The translations under genes were made by a program, and so were the position numbers. DNA of 64,000 nucleotides from Rikenellaceae bacterium (GTDB taxonomy: Bacteria; Bacteroidota; Bacteroidia; Bacteroidales; Rikenellaceae). The notes beneath the pieces were generated by a model. It was not told the DNA's origin. It did not search any database and was given only the letters and a program-made list of their open reading frames with translations. Each line of letters begins with the position of its first letter. The stretch's first letter is position 1. Of the stretch, positions 1 through 9,942 are shown in pieces. The stretch covers positions 3,828 to 67,827 of the forward strand of contig JAFTYJ010000072.1 of assembly GCA_017464745.1 (NCBI GenBank). The letters run 5' to 3'.

Positions 1-397
1 GCACCACACCTCCCACTCTGCCCTTGGGGTCAAAAGTCACTGTAAAACGCCCTTTTTGCCCCTTACGGACGGGTTGCACGGAGTTCTCGACACGCACACA
101 ACTACATCCCGTAGTCACTCGTGTCACAACCAGCGGCTCGCTACCTCGGTTGGTCCACTCAATGGTCCGACTCCACGGCTCGGCATCCTCGCTCAGAGTG
201 CCAAACTCCACGAGTTGGATATCGGCCTTCGAGGGTACTCCTTCGGCAAACACCATTCGGCCGCCACCTACGGTTGCGGGGTTGGCAACACTATCCAATC
301 GTGCACGGGGAACAATGCGAATCTGCGCCCTAGCCGACACTACGGCCGACAGCAACACAGCGACCACTACGGCCACTCGCACGCCCCACCTACACAT
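1..397 (-). CDS. DUF1573-like secreted protein, 5' part only (runs off window start); absent from the ORF track because no stop lies in the window
   Basis: Minus-strand ATG at 397 lies 2 nt after the S8 stop. The frame stays open to position 1. Translation: MCRWGVRVAVVVAVLLSAVVSARAQIRIVPRARLDSVANPATVGGGRMVFAEGVPSKADIQLVEFGTLSEDAEPWSRTIEWTNRGSEPLVVTRVTTGCSCVRVENSVQPVRKGQKGRFTVTFDPKGR... It has a signal-peptide-like N-terminus. The pattern F-G-x-(n)-W-x-N-x-G-x-x-PL-x-(n)-GCSC-x-(n)-G-x-x-G-x-F-x-V-x-F is typical of DUF1573. Confidence 0.6.
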   Translation of the reverse strand, partial: MCRWGVRVAVVVAVLLSAVVSARAQIRIVPRARLDSVANPATVGGGRMVFAEGVPSKADIQLVEFGTLSEDAEPWSRTIEWTNRGSEPLVVTRVTTGCSCVRVENSVQPVRKGQKGRFTVTFDPKGRVGGVV

Positions 398-399
398 CG

Positions 400-2451
400 C
401 TACAACCAACCGTTACCCGTACTGCGACGTACGGTGATATTGAACTTGTGGCTCTCGCCGTTGCTTGCGGTGATGGTAGCCGAAGTGGCACCCGCTTTGA
501 CACCCTTGAACAGCACACGGCCATCCTCGTTGGTGCAAGTTGCCACCGACTCGTCCTCTATTTTAACGGTATAGGTAAGTTTCTCGCCATCCTTGAAGTA
601 GCGTGCAGGGACAAACGCCACAGCGCCCTGGACAGCCACATAGACATTGGGGAAACGCATAGCCACACCTGCATCGTCACCTGCGATAGCAGCCAGAAAA
701 GCCGCAGCATTCACCTGACCCGAGCCCATTTGACCGCGATAGTCAGGCAGATTGATTTGCATAGGTTGCAGAGGACCGATGTCGGCCACATAGCGACAAT
801 AGGTTTTGCGACCCGTGCAGTATTTGTCAATCGAGGCAGCGGTAGTGTGCAACAACTCTTGCAACTCCTCTGCTTTGAAGTGTTTGCGCAGTTGAGTAGC
901 ATACGAGATACCCAGCGCAGCAACACCGGCAACGTGGGGAGTAGCCATCGAAGTACCCTCCATATAGCCATAACCCGTGGGTGCAATGTGCAATGGCAGG
1001 GTCGAGAGGATACAACCCAACTCGCCATAGTTGCTACCATAGATGTTATCCTCGTAGCGATAGTCCCAATAGTAGTCTTGGTCGCCACCGGGAGCCGAGA
1101 TGGTGGTTCCGGGGCCGTAGTTGGTGTAGACCGCAGGGGTGAAGTCGGCCGCAGTAGCCGCTACCGACACATACTCCTTGGCTGCACCGGGGAAACCTGC
1201 CGCAGCAGCGCTCTCGTTACCCGAAGCAAACACCGCGATACCTCCCTCGATAGGTCCATTAGGCGAGCCTGCATTGTGGGTAAAGTAGTCCAAAGCGTCT
1301 TTCTCCAAAGGTGAGCCTGCCTCCCATTGCTCTTGGGTTGCAAAACCTGCCTCGCCCCAATCATAGATATTAGCAGCACCCGACACATAGCCCCAACTAC
1401 ATTGCAGCACCACAGCACCGTTGTCGGCCGCATATTTGATTGCACGCATAGTAGCCAGCAGGCTGGTAGCAGTGTTACCCGAGAAGATTTGGCACACCAT
1501 AATACGCACGCCATTACCCGAGCCGTCGCCACCTGCAATCGAACTGACACCGATGCCGTTGTTATTGACCGCCGCAATCACACCCGCAACGTGCGAGCCG
1601 TGACCCGAGTCATACAGACCGTTCCAGGTGATAGTACCCGAATCGTTCACAAAGTTATAGCCGTGAACGTCGCCCTTGTAGCCATTGCCGTCGGCGTCCT
1701 CGTCCATACTGATTACCTCGTCGTCGTTGGTCCAGATGTTATCTTTGAGGTCGGGGTGTTTAATCCATACGCCCTCGTCCAGCACAGCCACCACAACCGA
1801 GTTGTCACCCGTCGAGCGCTCCCAAGCCTTCTCGACCTGTACGTCGGCATCCTTGACCGACTTAACAGCGCCCTCATTGGTGAACATATCGCCACGGTTG
1901 ATAAGGTTCCATTGTGCCGCCAGCAGCTCGTCATTTTGGGCTGCGGTGCGGGTTTGTGCCACCGACGACGAAATTGCCGCCAACTTCTCGGGCGACAAAG
2001 GAACAGCCTTGCTATCGTAGGCACGTTTGATGGTGCGGTTGAGGTCCACGGTTTGCACCTCGCCCAGAGCCGACAGACGACGGGCAACCTCGCCCACAGA
2101 TTGCGAAGCGTCAAAACCTACCACATACCATTGGTGCAGACCGCTGGTGCGGGTACGCTCCTCATTGGCTTTATCGACGGGGAACACACGTTCGAGGCGA
2201 TAACTGCCAATTACATCCAGCACCTTATCCACATTGACATTACCGCTACGGGTAGCACCGCCACGGGTGAAGCCCGCAAATTCGATAACGTCGGCCACTT
2301 CGGGGGTAAATTTGACCATCAACTCGCCCTCGACATAGGGAGCCTCGGGAGTTTGGCCTTCACCCACGCCGCCATTGTCGATGGTGTCGGCGCACGAGCC
2401 AAGCGACAACATTGCCGCCGCAATCAAAGCATATATCTTTATTCTTTTCAT
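400..2451 (-). CDS. Subtilisin-like serine protease (peptidase S8) lipoprotein with N-terminal propeptide-like region and C-terminal Ig-like domain
   Basis: Lipobox MKRIKIYALIAAAMLSLGSC. Catalytic triad motifs occur in D-H-S order: VAVLDEGV, HGSHVAGV, GTSMATPHVAG. Confidence 0.9.
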   Translation of the reverse strand: MKRIKIYALIAAAMLSLGSCADTIDNGGVGEGQTPEAPYVEGELMVKFTPEVADVIEFAGFTRGGATRSGNVNVDKVLDVIGSYRLERVFPVDKANEERTRTSGLHQWYVVGFDASQSVGEVARRLSALGEVQTVDLNRTIKRAYDSKAVPLSPEKLAAISSSVAQTRTAAQNDELLAAQWNLINRGDMFTNEGAVKSVKDADVQVEKAWERSTGDNSVVVAVLDEGVWIKHPDLKDNIWTNDDEVISMDEDADGNGYKGDVHGYNFVNDSGTITWNGLYDSGHGSHVAGVIAAVNNNGIGVSSIAGGDGSGNGVRIMVCQIFSGNTATSLLATMRAIKYAADNGAVVLQCSWGYVSGAANIYDWGEAGFATQEQWEAGSPLEKDALDYFTHNAGSPNGPIEGGIAVFASGNESAAAAGFPGAAKEYVSVAATAADFTPAVYTNYGPGTTISAPGGDQDYYWDYRYEDNIYGSNYGELGCILSTLPLHIAPTGYGYMEGTSMATPHVAGVAALGISYATQLRKHFKAEELQELLHTTAASIDKYCTGRKTYCRYVADIGPLQPMQINLPDYRGQMGSGQVNAAAFLAAIAGDDAGVAMRFPNVYVAVQGAVAFVPARYFKDGEKLTYTVKIEDESVATCTNEDGRVLFKGVKAGATSATITASNGESHKFNITVRRSTGNGWL

Positions 2452-2512
2452 CCTTGTATGATTGATGAGTGTTGTGTTTGTTATCCGTTAAAATGTGAGG
2501 AGCAAGATGTGT

Positions 2513-2683
2513 CTAATTCTCCTCGGCGTTGTAGCCACCCTCTTTGTGGATGTAGTGTTCGTAGTAGTAGTTCAGGTTGGCGGGGGCGTTGCTGAAACCG
2601 GAGTAACTACCGTCTTTCCAGCGGCCCTCCTGCGGGAACACAAGGCTGAACGGAACCCACATATCGAGTGCGGGGTGGAACAG
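2513..2683 (-). pseudogene. In-frame 56-codon continuation after the TAG stop of the upstream LRR gene (probable severed C-terminus)
   Basis: Reading on in the same frame after TAG (2684-2686) gives LFHPALDMWVPFSLVFPQEGRWKDGSYSGFSNAPANLNYYYEHYIHKEGGYNAEEN, then a second TAG at 2513-2515. The composition is protein-like. If it is coding, the otherwise 232-nt gap to the next gene shrinks to 61 nt. Confidence 0.45.
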
Positions 2684-4171
2684 CTACCAATCGGGCAACT
2701 CACCACTCAAACGGTTGAGGTTGATGGCAAACCACTTGGTCGAAGGCATAACCTTCTTGATTTTGCGGTCAACCAGAATTTGAGGCAGGGTATCCACACC
2801 GTCTTTGTTCTTCGAAGCGGCAATATCCTCCTGAGTATAGTAGGGAATATCGGGGTCGTCCTCGAAGGTAGGCAGCGAGCCGTGCAGATAGTTCACCGAC
2901 AGCACCAGAGTATCCAAATCCCACTTGATAAGGTCCACGGGAAACTCCTCCTCGTCGATAAAACCACCCAGGTTTTTCTTGACGGTGTTGCTCAAATCGG
3001 TAACCACGTTACGTTGGTTGGCATTCAGCACCAGCGAGCGCAGTTTGGGGAAATTCTCTTTGGTCAGCACCTCGGGAATAGTTTGGAAGTTGTTGGCACA
3101 GAGGTTCAGATATTCGAGGTTGCGCAGTTTGGCAAACGACTCGCTGAGTGAACTCAAACCATAGGCTCCCAGGGTCAGACGTTTGAGGTTGTCGCCCAGG
3201 TATCCGAGGCTCTCGCCCTCGTCGAGGTCGAGCAAGAACGAGTTGGCGTTACCAAAGAAGTACAACTCCTCGGCGGCGGTCAAAAAGCGCACCTCATAGG
3301 GCAAACTCTCCTTGGTGTAGAACACAAAAAATTCGGCTTTCTTGACACGTCCCACCTTGTCGGGGGTACATCCCTCTTCGCCGTCCTCCCACAGGGTCAC
3401 GCCGGTCCAGGAATCCATAGGTTGCGAGGTGTCGGGGCTGGCGGTGCTGCGCAGGGTACGCGAGATTGCAAGCAGTGCCACCGAGTCACCCTCTCGGGTA
3501 TTCTCTTTGATAGGCTCGGCTGCACCTTGGCGCACCAGCAGGTCATCTTGGCGACCCATTTGTTGGTTCTCCTTGGGAACGAATTTAACCTTTGCCTCAC
3601 GGATTGTGTCACGCGAGTTGATACCCCAATCAAAGCGGAGGGTTACTTCACGCGGACGCAAACCGCGATTGAGTTCCACTTTATAACTTTTGCAGGTCAG
3701 CCACGCAGCGTTGTCGGGAATCTCCACATCGAAGTCCACGTTGGTTTTGAGCGTAACCTCAAAGTGGCGATCCTCATACTCGTCATAGCACTCCAACTCC
3801 ACATTGGGATCGGCCAACTCGATAAGATAGGGATAACCCTGTTGGCTTACAGCAATACGTCGGGGGGTATCGTCGTCATTGACGGTCTCGATACGCACCT
3901 CACCGTTACGCGCGGTGCTCACCAGAGCCGAGTCCACGATGATTTGGCACTCGGTAGAGCCACGGCCATTGGTCGGCGACACGGTAATCCAAGGAGCGTC
4001 GGTCGATGCGGTCCAAGCCTCGCCGGCCTCAATGCGAATAGTTTTGACACCACCCACAGCATCCATTTCGATGGTCGTGGTATCGACATCGAAGGCTACA
4101 TTGGGATTGTCGGGTGTGCAGGCGCCAAGCATCAGTGCGGCGGCAAGCACCATATATTTCGTCTGTTTCAT
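2684..4171 (-). CDS. Surface lipoprotein with N-terminal BACON-like domain and C-terminal leucine-rich repeats
   Basis: Lipobox MKQTKYMVLAAALMLGAC. BACON-like signature GEAWTASTDAPWITVSPTNGRGSTECQI. LRR units such as LRNLEYLNLCANNFQTIP and LRSLVLNANQ. Confidence 0.8.
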   Translation of the reverse strand: MKQTKYMVLAAALMLGACTPDNPNVAFDVDTTTIEMDAVGGVKTIRIEAGEAWTASTDAPWITVSPTNGRGSTECQIIVDSALVSTARNGEVRIETVNDDDTPRRIAVSQQGYPYLIELADPNVELECYDEYEDRHFEVTLKTNVDFDVEIPDNAAWLTCKSYKVELNRGLRPREVTLRFDWGINSRDTIREAKVKFVPKENQQMGRQDDLLVRQGAAEPIKENTREGDSVALLAISRTLRSTASPDTSQPMDSWTGVTLWEDGEEGCTPDKVGRVKKAEFFVFYTKESLPYEVRFLTAAEELYFFGNANSFLLDLDEGESLGYLGDNLKRLTLGAYGLSSLSESFAKLRNLEYLNLCANNFQTIPEVLTKENFPKLRSLVLNANQRNVVTDLSNTVKKNLGGFIDEEEFPVDLIKWDLDTLVLSVNYLHGSLPTFEDDPDIPYYTQEDIAASKNKDGVDTLPQILVDRKIKKVMPSTKWFAINLNRLSGELPDW

Positions 4172-4189
4172 ATTCTGTGTGTGTACTTT

Positions 4190-6901
4190 CTACTCCAACA
4201 TATATTCGCAATTCTGAATATTTTGCGTCTTATCGTAAATCAGATAATAGGCGCCCACTCGCCAAGCGTAGCAGATGTCCGAAGCGTCAAACACAATACG
4301 GGGGTTGTCGCTGATATCCAGATAGTAAATCAAAGTCGAGATAGTGTCATCCACCTTGCGCAGGTCGTTCGAGCCGATATAGAAACCTCGCAGACCCGTG
4401 TGGTTGTACAAGCCTGTGGGCCATTGACGCAGGCATCGCTCACCTTTGGAGTCACGTTGGCTGCGGATTGCAAACACCGTCAGAGAACGAGCATCCAGCG
4501 GCTCAAAGGGGAACTCGCTGAACGAGTTGAACGACAGGTCAATACCATACAGATAGGGCATATTGCCGGCGTGGAACTTGCGGGGCAGTTTCGACAAGCG
4601 GTTGTACGACAAGTCGAACGACACCAAATCCACCGAGTTGTGATACTCGAATGCCTCGTCGGGCATCTCGCTGATTTCGTTGGCACGCAACACAATGTAG
4701 GCAATCCACGAGTCGGTCTTGGCAATGGCCGTGGGGTACTTCGTAAATTTGTTTTGCGACAGGGTGAAGGTCTCGGCACGGAGTCCTTTATAGCCATCCT
4801 CGCCCGTTTTGTCCTCATCCTCGAAACCGTCAATCAGGTTACCCGAGAAATCCACGGTGGTAATTGTGTATTTGCTTTTGGCGTCAAAGATATTGGGCAC
4901 CTTGGTGAGTTTGTTGTACTTCACCGAGAAGGTTTCGATGTCGTCGATAGCACAGAAGTAGCCCTCGGCATCACGGGGCAGGCTCTCCAACTCGTTGTTG
5001 TCGAGATAGAGTTGCACGAGTGACACGTTTTTGGTCAGGGGGTGAATCTTGCTGATTTTGTTGTACGACATATCGAGCAACGACAGGCTACCCAGATTCT
5101 TGAACGACTCGGGCAACTCCTCCAACGAGTTCTCGCGCGAGTAGAGAATTTGGATACGAGTGCGCGAGGAGCCGTTAGCCACAGCGTCCAAGCCTTTGTA
5201 AATCTCCTCGGCGCTCCACTGTTTGTTGTTCGAGATATTGAGCGAAATCAACTGCGGCAACTTGGCAATGACCATCGGGAAGGAGGTCATCTTGGGGCAG
5301 TTATAGATTTCGAGGTCGGTCAGAGCCACACAACGCGACAACTCCTCGGGCAACTCCGTGATGGTGCTGTTGGCGATGTTGAGGTATTGGAGGTTGGTGA
5401 GGTTACCAATCTCGGCGGGCAGCGAGGTCAGACCGTTGCACAGAGTACCGTGGTTGGTATCCATCGGGCGGATTGAGAATTGGCGACCGGTATTGACATC
5501 AATAATCTCGCTCTCGGCCATACTCTCGTACAGACGCATCGAGGGTGCACTGAGTCCGTTCTCAATCAGTGCGCGAGCACAAGGCTCCGACATCTGAGTT
5601 GCGGGGTTCAGCGTTTCGAGATATTTTTTGTGAATTGCCATACGGTTGCGGGTACGCTCCGCCAGGCTCTTGTCCATATCCATCGACAGTGCAGGATCGT
5701 AGGAGATGAGGTTCACATCGTTGTGTGTTCCGAGGTACAACTCCAACATCTCGGTCAGTTGGCCGATAGCGGCAGGCATTGCGCCACTGAAACCGAAGTC
5801 ACTGATATCGATACGGGCCACACGTCCATTGGAGTGGAGTTGCACGCCGGGTTGGTCACCCCACAGGTCCACATCCTTATCGAAGTTCCAGTTGGTACCA
5901 CGCACAAAGTTCTCGCCCATATAGTACCATTCGGGACCATTAAGGCTCTTCCAAATCTCATACAGCGCGCGATAGTCTTTGATATACTCCTCCTCGCCCG
6001 AGATTTTCACGGGGACAGCCACCTCGGTCAAACCGTTATCCTCTACCGTGAAGGTTGCTTTGGCGGCATCGGGGGTAGCACGCTCAATCAGGCCGTCATA
6101 CTCGTCGTAGGCCTCATACTGAATCACGCGATAGGTTCCGGCCTCCAACCACAGCAGCGAGTCGCACGACAGTGTCGAGGTGCGGTGGCCATTGGGGGTA
6201 TCAACGCCCTCAACGAAATCTATCGAGAAGGTCATAGGCAACTCCTTGAAGGTAACCTCCTTGTTGCTGGCCACGTTACGCACGGTCAGGTTCACCTGTT
6301 TAATCTCGTCGAAAGTGTACTCACGCTCGGCGGCACGGGTTACAACCGAGGTCGAGGTATCGGGCATACTGCTCAAATCCTTCACCATATCGAAGCGCAC
6401 CTGACCACGGGGAACCACATTCACCGTCAGGTCGTGTGTTGTAAGCACACCAAGTTCCACCACAAAGCCACTCATCGCAGCCGAGGGGGTACCGATATAC
6501 AGTTCTTGGTCAAAAGCGTCATAGAGTGTGAAGGTTACAACCTTATAGGCACCCTCCAACAGTTTGACCTTATCACTACGCAGGCCCCACTCGGTGGTCT
6601 TATCCTCGGAGGTATTGAGCGGCAGGGTTACGGTGAGGGTTTGGTTGTCACCATAACTCAACATCACTCGCACCTTGTAGGCTTGCGACAGCCATTCGAG
6701 TTGCGACACGATAGCACGGCTTTGCATCGTGGGTTGTGTTTGGGCCTCAGCATTATACGAAGCCTCTTTGTAGAGTTTGAACTGTACATATCCGTAGTCG
6801 GTTTCGCGATTATCGACACCTTGCTCCTTTTGGCATCCCGCCATAAGCACAGTCGACATCACGGTCAGCGCTACGCATACGAATAATCTGTAAAGTTTCA
6901 T
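4190..6901 (-). CDS. Large leucine-rich-repeat surface lipoprotein
   Basis: Lipobox LMAGCQKE. Long LRR array (LTNLQYLNIANSTITELPEEL, LGSLSLLDMSYNKISKI, LVQLYLDNNELESLP and others). An N-cap-like segment (LYEIWKSLNGPEWYY...WGDQPGVQL) precedes the repeats. Confidence 0.85.
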   Translation of the reverse strand: MKLYRLFVCVALTVMSTVLMAGCQKEQGVDNRETDYGYVQFKLYKEASYNAEAQTQPTMQSRAIVSQLEWLSQAYKVRVMLSYGDNQTLTVTLPLNTSEDKTTEWGLRSDKVKLLEGAYKVVTFTLYDAFDQELYIGTPSAAMSGFVVELGVLTTHDLTVNVVPRGQVRFDMVKDLSSMPDTSTSVVTRAAEREYTFDEIKQVNLTVRNVASNKEVTFKELPMTFSIDFVEGVDTPNGHRTSTLSCDSLLWLEAGTYRVIQYEAYDEYDGLIERATPDAAKATFTVEDNGLTEVAVPVKISGEEEYIKDYRALYEIWKSLNGPEWYYMGENFVRGTNWNFDKDVDLWGDQPGVQLHSNGRVARIDISDFGFSGAMPAAIGQLTEMLELYLGTHNDVNLISYDPALSMDMDKSLAERTRNRMAIHKKYLETLNPATQMSEPCARALIENGLSAPSMRLYESMAESEIIDVNTGRQFSIRPMDTNHGTLCNGLTSLPAEIGNLTNLQYLNIANSTITELPEELSRCVALTDLEIYNCPKMTSFPMVIAKLPQLISLNISNNKQWSAEEIYKGLDAVANGSSRTRIQILYSRENSLEELPESFKNLGSLSLLDMSYNKISKIHPLTKNVSLVQLYLDNNELESLPRDAEGYFCAIDDIETFSVKYNKLTKVPNIFDAKSKYTITTVDFSGNLIDGFEDEDKTGEDGYKGLRAETFTLSQNKFTKYPTAIAKTDSWIAYIVLRANEISEMPDEAFEYHNSVDLVSFDLSYNRLSKLPRKFHAGNMPYLYGIDLSFNSFSEFPFEPLDARSLTVFAIRSQRDSKGERCLRQWPTGLYNHTGLRGFYIGSNDLRKVDDTISTLIYYLDISDNPRIVFDASDICYAWRVGAYYLIYDKTQNIQNCEYMLE

Positions 6902-6961
6902 TTTATATAACTGCTCTTCTGTTTATCACTTTGTTTGTACCCTTGCGGTTTTCGGCTTGGG

Positions 6962-8947
6962 CTATCCGAGGAATCCGAACACACAGTGCATAATCAGCAC
7001 GGCGGTGTTGTTCTCGTCATAGAATGTGATGACACCTCGTCCGCTGTTGCCCGACAGGTCCATCATACTCACACACGGCAGGCCGGCGTTTTGGATAACC
7101 TTCAACCACGATTGGGTCGAACGCCAAGTCTTAAATGCCGGCAATTTCATACCCACATACGAGGCCATAGCGTTGCGGTGGGTCAGGCGCACCTGAATAA
7201 CGTTCGGATAGGCGGTATCCCAATCGGGGTCGCTCGGGGTGAGGAACTCGATGGTTGCATCAAAAGTCTCCTCGCCGATGAATGCCACAGCCGAGGTGTC
7301 AACCTCATAGACGGGAGGTGCCACGAAGTTCTCGTCGAGCACACACTCCACAACGGCATAGGCAACATTCTCCGAGTTGTAGAACACGATATAGGCAACA
7401 TTCTCACCCTCGGGGCCGGGTTTGGTATTCAGTTTGTCGTTCATCACGACCTTATAACAATCGGGAATCTCGGCGTGTGCCACAAGACTAATCCAGCACT
7501 CGTCGGCAGCGCCAAACATATCGTCAGCACCATTGTAGCCATACACCTCATAGCGGCTGAACGGAGTGTTGAAGTTCAGGAAGTCGCCCGAATCGGCAGT
7601 TTTGTACGACAAGCGATAGGCGTTGGGAATTGCAGCCCACGCGCCACTGATAAACTCGGCGTTCTCCAACTCCTCGAAGTCGGCACTGTAGGCACGCATC
7701 GACGAAATGTCGGTAGCGTCGATAACTCCGGGCGGAACGTAAGGCTCCTGCTCGATGACACTCATAATATAGTTTCTCAAATCATACGCGATTTCGGTTT
7801 GGTTTTTATCGGTATAGAGTTGAGTTGCGGGGTCGGTGATTTCGGCAGCCACATCTGCGGGCAGTGCCAGGATATAGGCTACACGCTCACGGGAGTCGGT
7901 GTTGGCCGACACTTTAACCGACACAGGGCGGGCATACACACCCTTTTGGTCGGCACCCTCGGGGTAGTCGCCCACGGTGAGGGTAAACCAACTGCGGTAA
8001 CGGTCGTGGTAGAGTTTCTCGCCCATCTTGACTACGGTATAGAACACCATGCCGTTGGGGGCAATCACATTACCCGTTGCTGCGGTAGGCAGATAGGTCA
8101 ATGCCAGCGGGTCGTAGTAGTCGCCCAGGGTGTTGAATTTGAGGGTATAGTTCATATCCCAAGTGTGGACATTGGCGCAACCTTGGAAGTTGATTTCGAA
8201 GTTTGCAACCTCCACGGGATTCTCGGCGTCGGTATAGTCGCTGATTACAAACGGAACGGTTGTCGGCTCCAAGGGCAACTCCTCGATTATGGTACGCATT
8301 GAGATTTCGGTCACACCCTCGGTACCCGAAGTTGCAGAGAGGGTCAGCCACGCGGGAATCTCACCCACCAGCGACCAATTGAAGTTGGCACTCACAGCCA
8401 CACGTTGCATAAATTGGCTGTTAATCCAACGCATATCCACCTTCTCAACGAGTTGCTCGCCATAGATATACATTCCTGTGGAGTCCATAGCAAAGTAATT
8501 GTCGACCTCGCTGTATTCGGCCACTCGCACCGAAGCGTCACGTTGTGCCACAGCCAGGGTCAGTACAGCCACAACCTCGGTGCGGCCATCCATAGTGAGC
8601 GACACATTACAGGTGTGGATTTGGGTATAGTCCGTAACGTCGGTAACTTTGATTTGAACTTGTTGGGTACCGGTTTCGGTTCCACGGAGGCTGAGAACGG
8701 TATTCTCGCCATCCAGCAGTCGGAACCAAGCGGCAGTCTCGGCAGGCACCGACACCTCCCATTTGACGGGAGCCTCAAAGGTCAGGGTATAAATCTCACC
8801 GGGGGTTACATCGGCAGTAATTTGCTCAGGGAACACCACTTCGGGGGTTTGACCTTCGCCACCCTCATCGGGCGGAGGAGTACAAGCGGTAACGGCCAGA
8901 GCAACGAGGGCGAGTGCGCCAAACAAACGTGCAATATATCTTTTCAT
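6962..8947 (-). CDS. Surface lipoprotein with BACON/Ig-like repeats, function unknown
   Basis: The internal ATG at 8947 gives the lipobox MKRYIARLFGALALVALAVTAC (the ORF track starts 9 codons earlier). BACON-like motif NFNWSLVGEIPAWLTLSATSGTEGVTEISM. Confidence 0.7.
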   Translation of the reverse strand: MKRYIARLFGALALVALAVTACTPPPDEGGEGQTPEVVFPEQITADVTPGEIYTLTFEAPVKWEVSVPAETAAWFRLLDGENTVLSLRGTETGTQQVQIKVTDVTDYTQIHTCNVSLTMDGRTEVVAVLTLAVAQRDASVRVAEYSEVDNYFAMDSTGMYIYGEQLVEKVDMRWINSQFMQRVAVSANFNWSLVGEIPAWLTLSATSGTEGVTEISMRTIIEELPLEPTTVPFVISDYTDAENPVEVANFEINFQGCANVHTWDMNYTLKFNTLGDYYDPLALTYLPTAATGNVIAPNGMVFYTVVKMGEKLYHDRYRSWFTLTVGDYPEGADQKGVYARPVSVKVSANTDSRERVAYILALPADVAAEITDPATQLYTDKNQTEIAYDLRNYIMSVIEQEPYVPPGVIDATDISSMRAYSADFEELENAEFISGAWAAIPNAYRLSYKTADSGDFLNFNTPFSRYEVYGYNGADDMFGAADECWISLVAHAEIPDCYKVVMNDKLNTKPGPEGENVAYIVFYNSENVAYAVVECVLDENFVAPPVYEVDTSAVAFIGEETFDATIEFLTPSDPDWDTAYPNVIQVRLTHRNAMASYVGMKLPAFKTWRSTQSWLKVIQNAGLPCVSMMDLSGNSGRGVITFYDENNTAVLIMHCVFGFLG

Positions 8948-9000
8948 CTTTTTCGGTATGTTGTATGTATTCAAATTAATCTGTCAAGGCTGTTGGCGGA

Positions 9001-9912
9001 TTAGAGTCCCTCGCGTTGTATGCGGTTGGCCTCCTCCTCGGTAACCCACTCCATAACATTATAGAAGTCGCCTACGGCACCCACGGCAGTACCCACGTTC
9101 TCGACATAGACATAGGTCCACAGCACGGCGTACTTTTGACACGCGTTGAAGTACGAGGTATTGTAGGGACTCTCTTTGCCCAAAATCTTGTCGTCGCCGT
9201 GGAACATTCCGAACACCGAACCCTCATCGCTCAACACTTGGTCGGTATCCATCAGCACCTTAGGCTCGGCAGGGTCGCTCGCATCGAAACCGATTACCAC
9301 ATCGTAGCCGTCGTAGAACGCATTACGCAGGATAACGTGATTCTCCAATGTGGGGTGGAGGTCCACCTTAACGAGTTTTTGGAACGCTGTGTTGGTTCCC
9401 GGATAGTTATAAATCAGCATCGACGACAACACGCACCAACCCGTAAAGTTGTTGATATCCCACGGACACGATTTATAGAAGGTCGCTTTGTGGGTATTCC
9501 ACGCCTCGTAGAGGTTCCACTGCACGCCCTCGGGGGCAATCAGTCGCAACACCACGCCGAGCGAATCGGTATCGGCAATGTTGTCATAGTGTCCGCGAAG
9601 GCTGACTTCGGCAGCGAGTTTTCCTGCGGGGATAGTCACTTTGGGGGTGAGGAGTGTGTAGTGTTTGCCCTCAATGGCATTGGTGCCTTTATCGACGATT
9701 TCGATACCGAAGGTACGGTCGTAATCGCAGGCCACGGTCGAAGCCACGGTCACCTCAAACACTTGGTCATCGGCGGTAACAACGTTGGTCGACAGCGTAT
9801 CGGCAAACATTACATATTCGGCATCCGAGTAGGTGGTGTACTCCTCGTGGCACGACGCCAACAAGGTGAGCATCAGCACTGCGGCCGAAAGTATTGACAG
9901 TATGCGTTTCAT
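9001..9912 (-). CDS. Lipoprotein resembling the DUF4843 class found immediately downstream of SusD in some SusCD loci
   Basis: Lipobox LLASCHEE. Calx-beta-like segment YVMFADTL...DRTFGIEIVDKGTNAIEGKHYTLLTP. It sits directly after susD. The family call is from memory of the pattern only. Confidence 0.5.
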   Translation of the reverse strand: MKRILSILSAAVLMLTLLASCHEEYTTYSDAEYVMFADTLSTNVVTADDQVFEVTVASTVACDYDRTFGIEIVDKGTNAIEGKHYTLLTPKVTIPAGKLAAEVSLRGHYDNIADTDSLGVVLRLIAPEGVQWNLYEAWNTHKATFYKSCPWDINNFTGWCVLSSMLIYNYPGTNTAFQKLVKVDLHPTLENHVILRNAFYDGYDVVIGFDASDPAEPKVLMDTDQVLSDEGSVFGMFHGDDKILGKESPYNTSYFNACQKYAVLWTYVYVENVGTAVGAVGDFYNVMEWVTEEEANRIQREGL

Positions 9913-9942
9913 TTTACTTGGGTATGGGGATTATCACATTAA

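Noticed and set aside
2684-2686. The in-frame TAG could indicate stop-codon reassignment or recoding (TAG read as an amino acid).
   Set aside because: TAG terminates several well-defined genes in this window at positions consistent with family length (S8 protease, P-type ATPase, ftsW, the phosphodiester glycosidase, the GldE-like gene). Genome-wide reassignment is therefore not supported, and a nonsense mutation is the simpler explanation.
3422-5023. Very long ORFs antisense to annotated genes. Examples: 3422..5023, 5480..6886, 6935..8302, 12563..14401, 15396..16649, 38639..39988, 41729..42955, 51177..52136, 62573..63949.
   Set aside because: Each lies opposite a gene with clear family motifs. 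Their translations are low-complexity (rich in H, R, G, V and L) with no recognisable motifs, and 3422..5023 even spans an intergenic gap. In GC-biased coding DNA with strong codon bias, the antisense frame is naturally depleted of stop codons.
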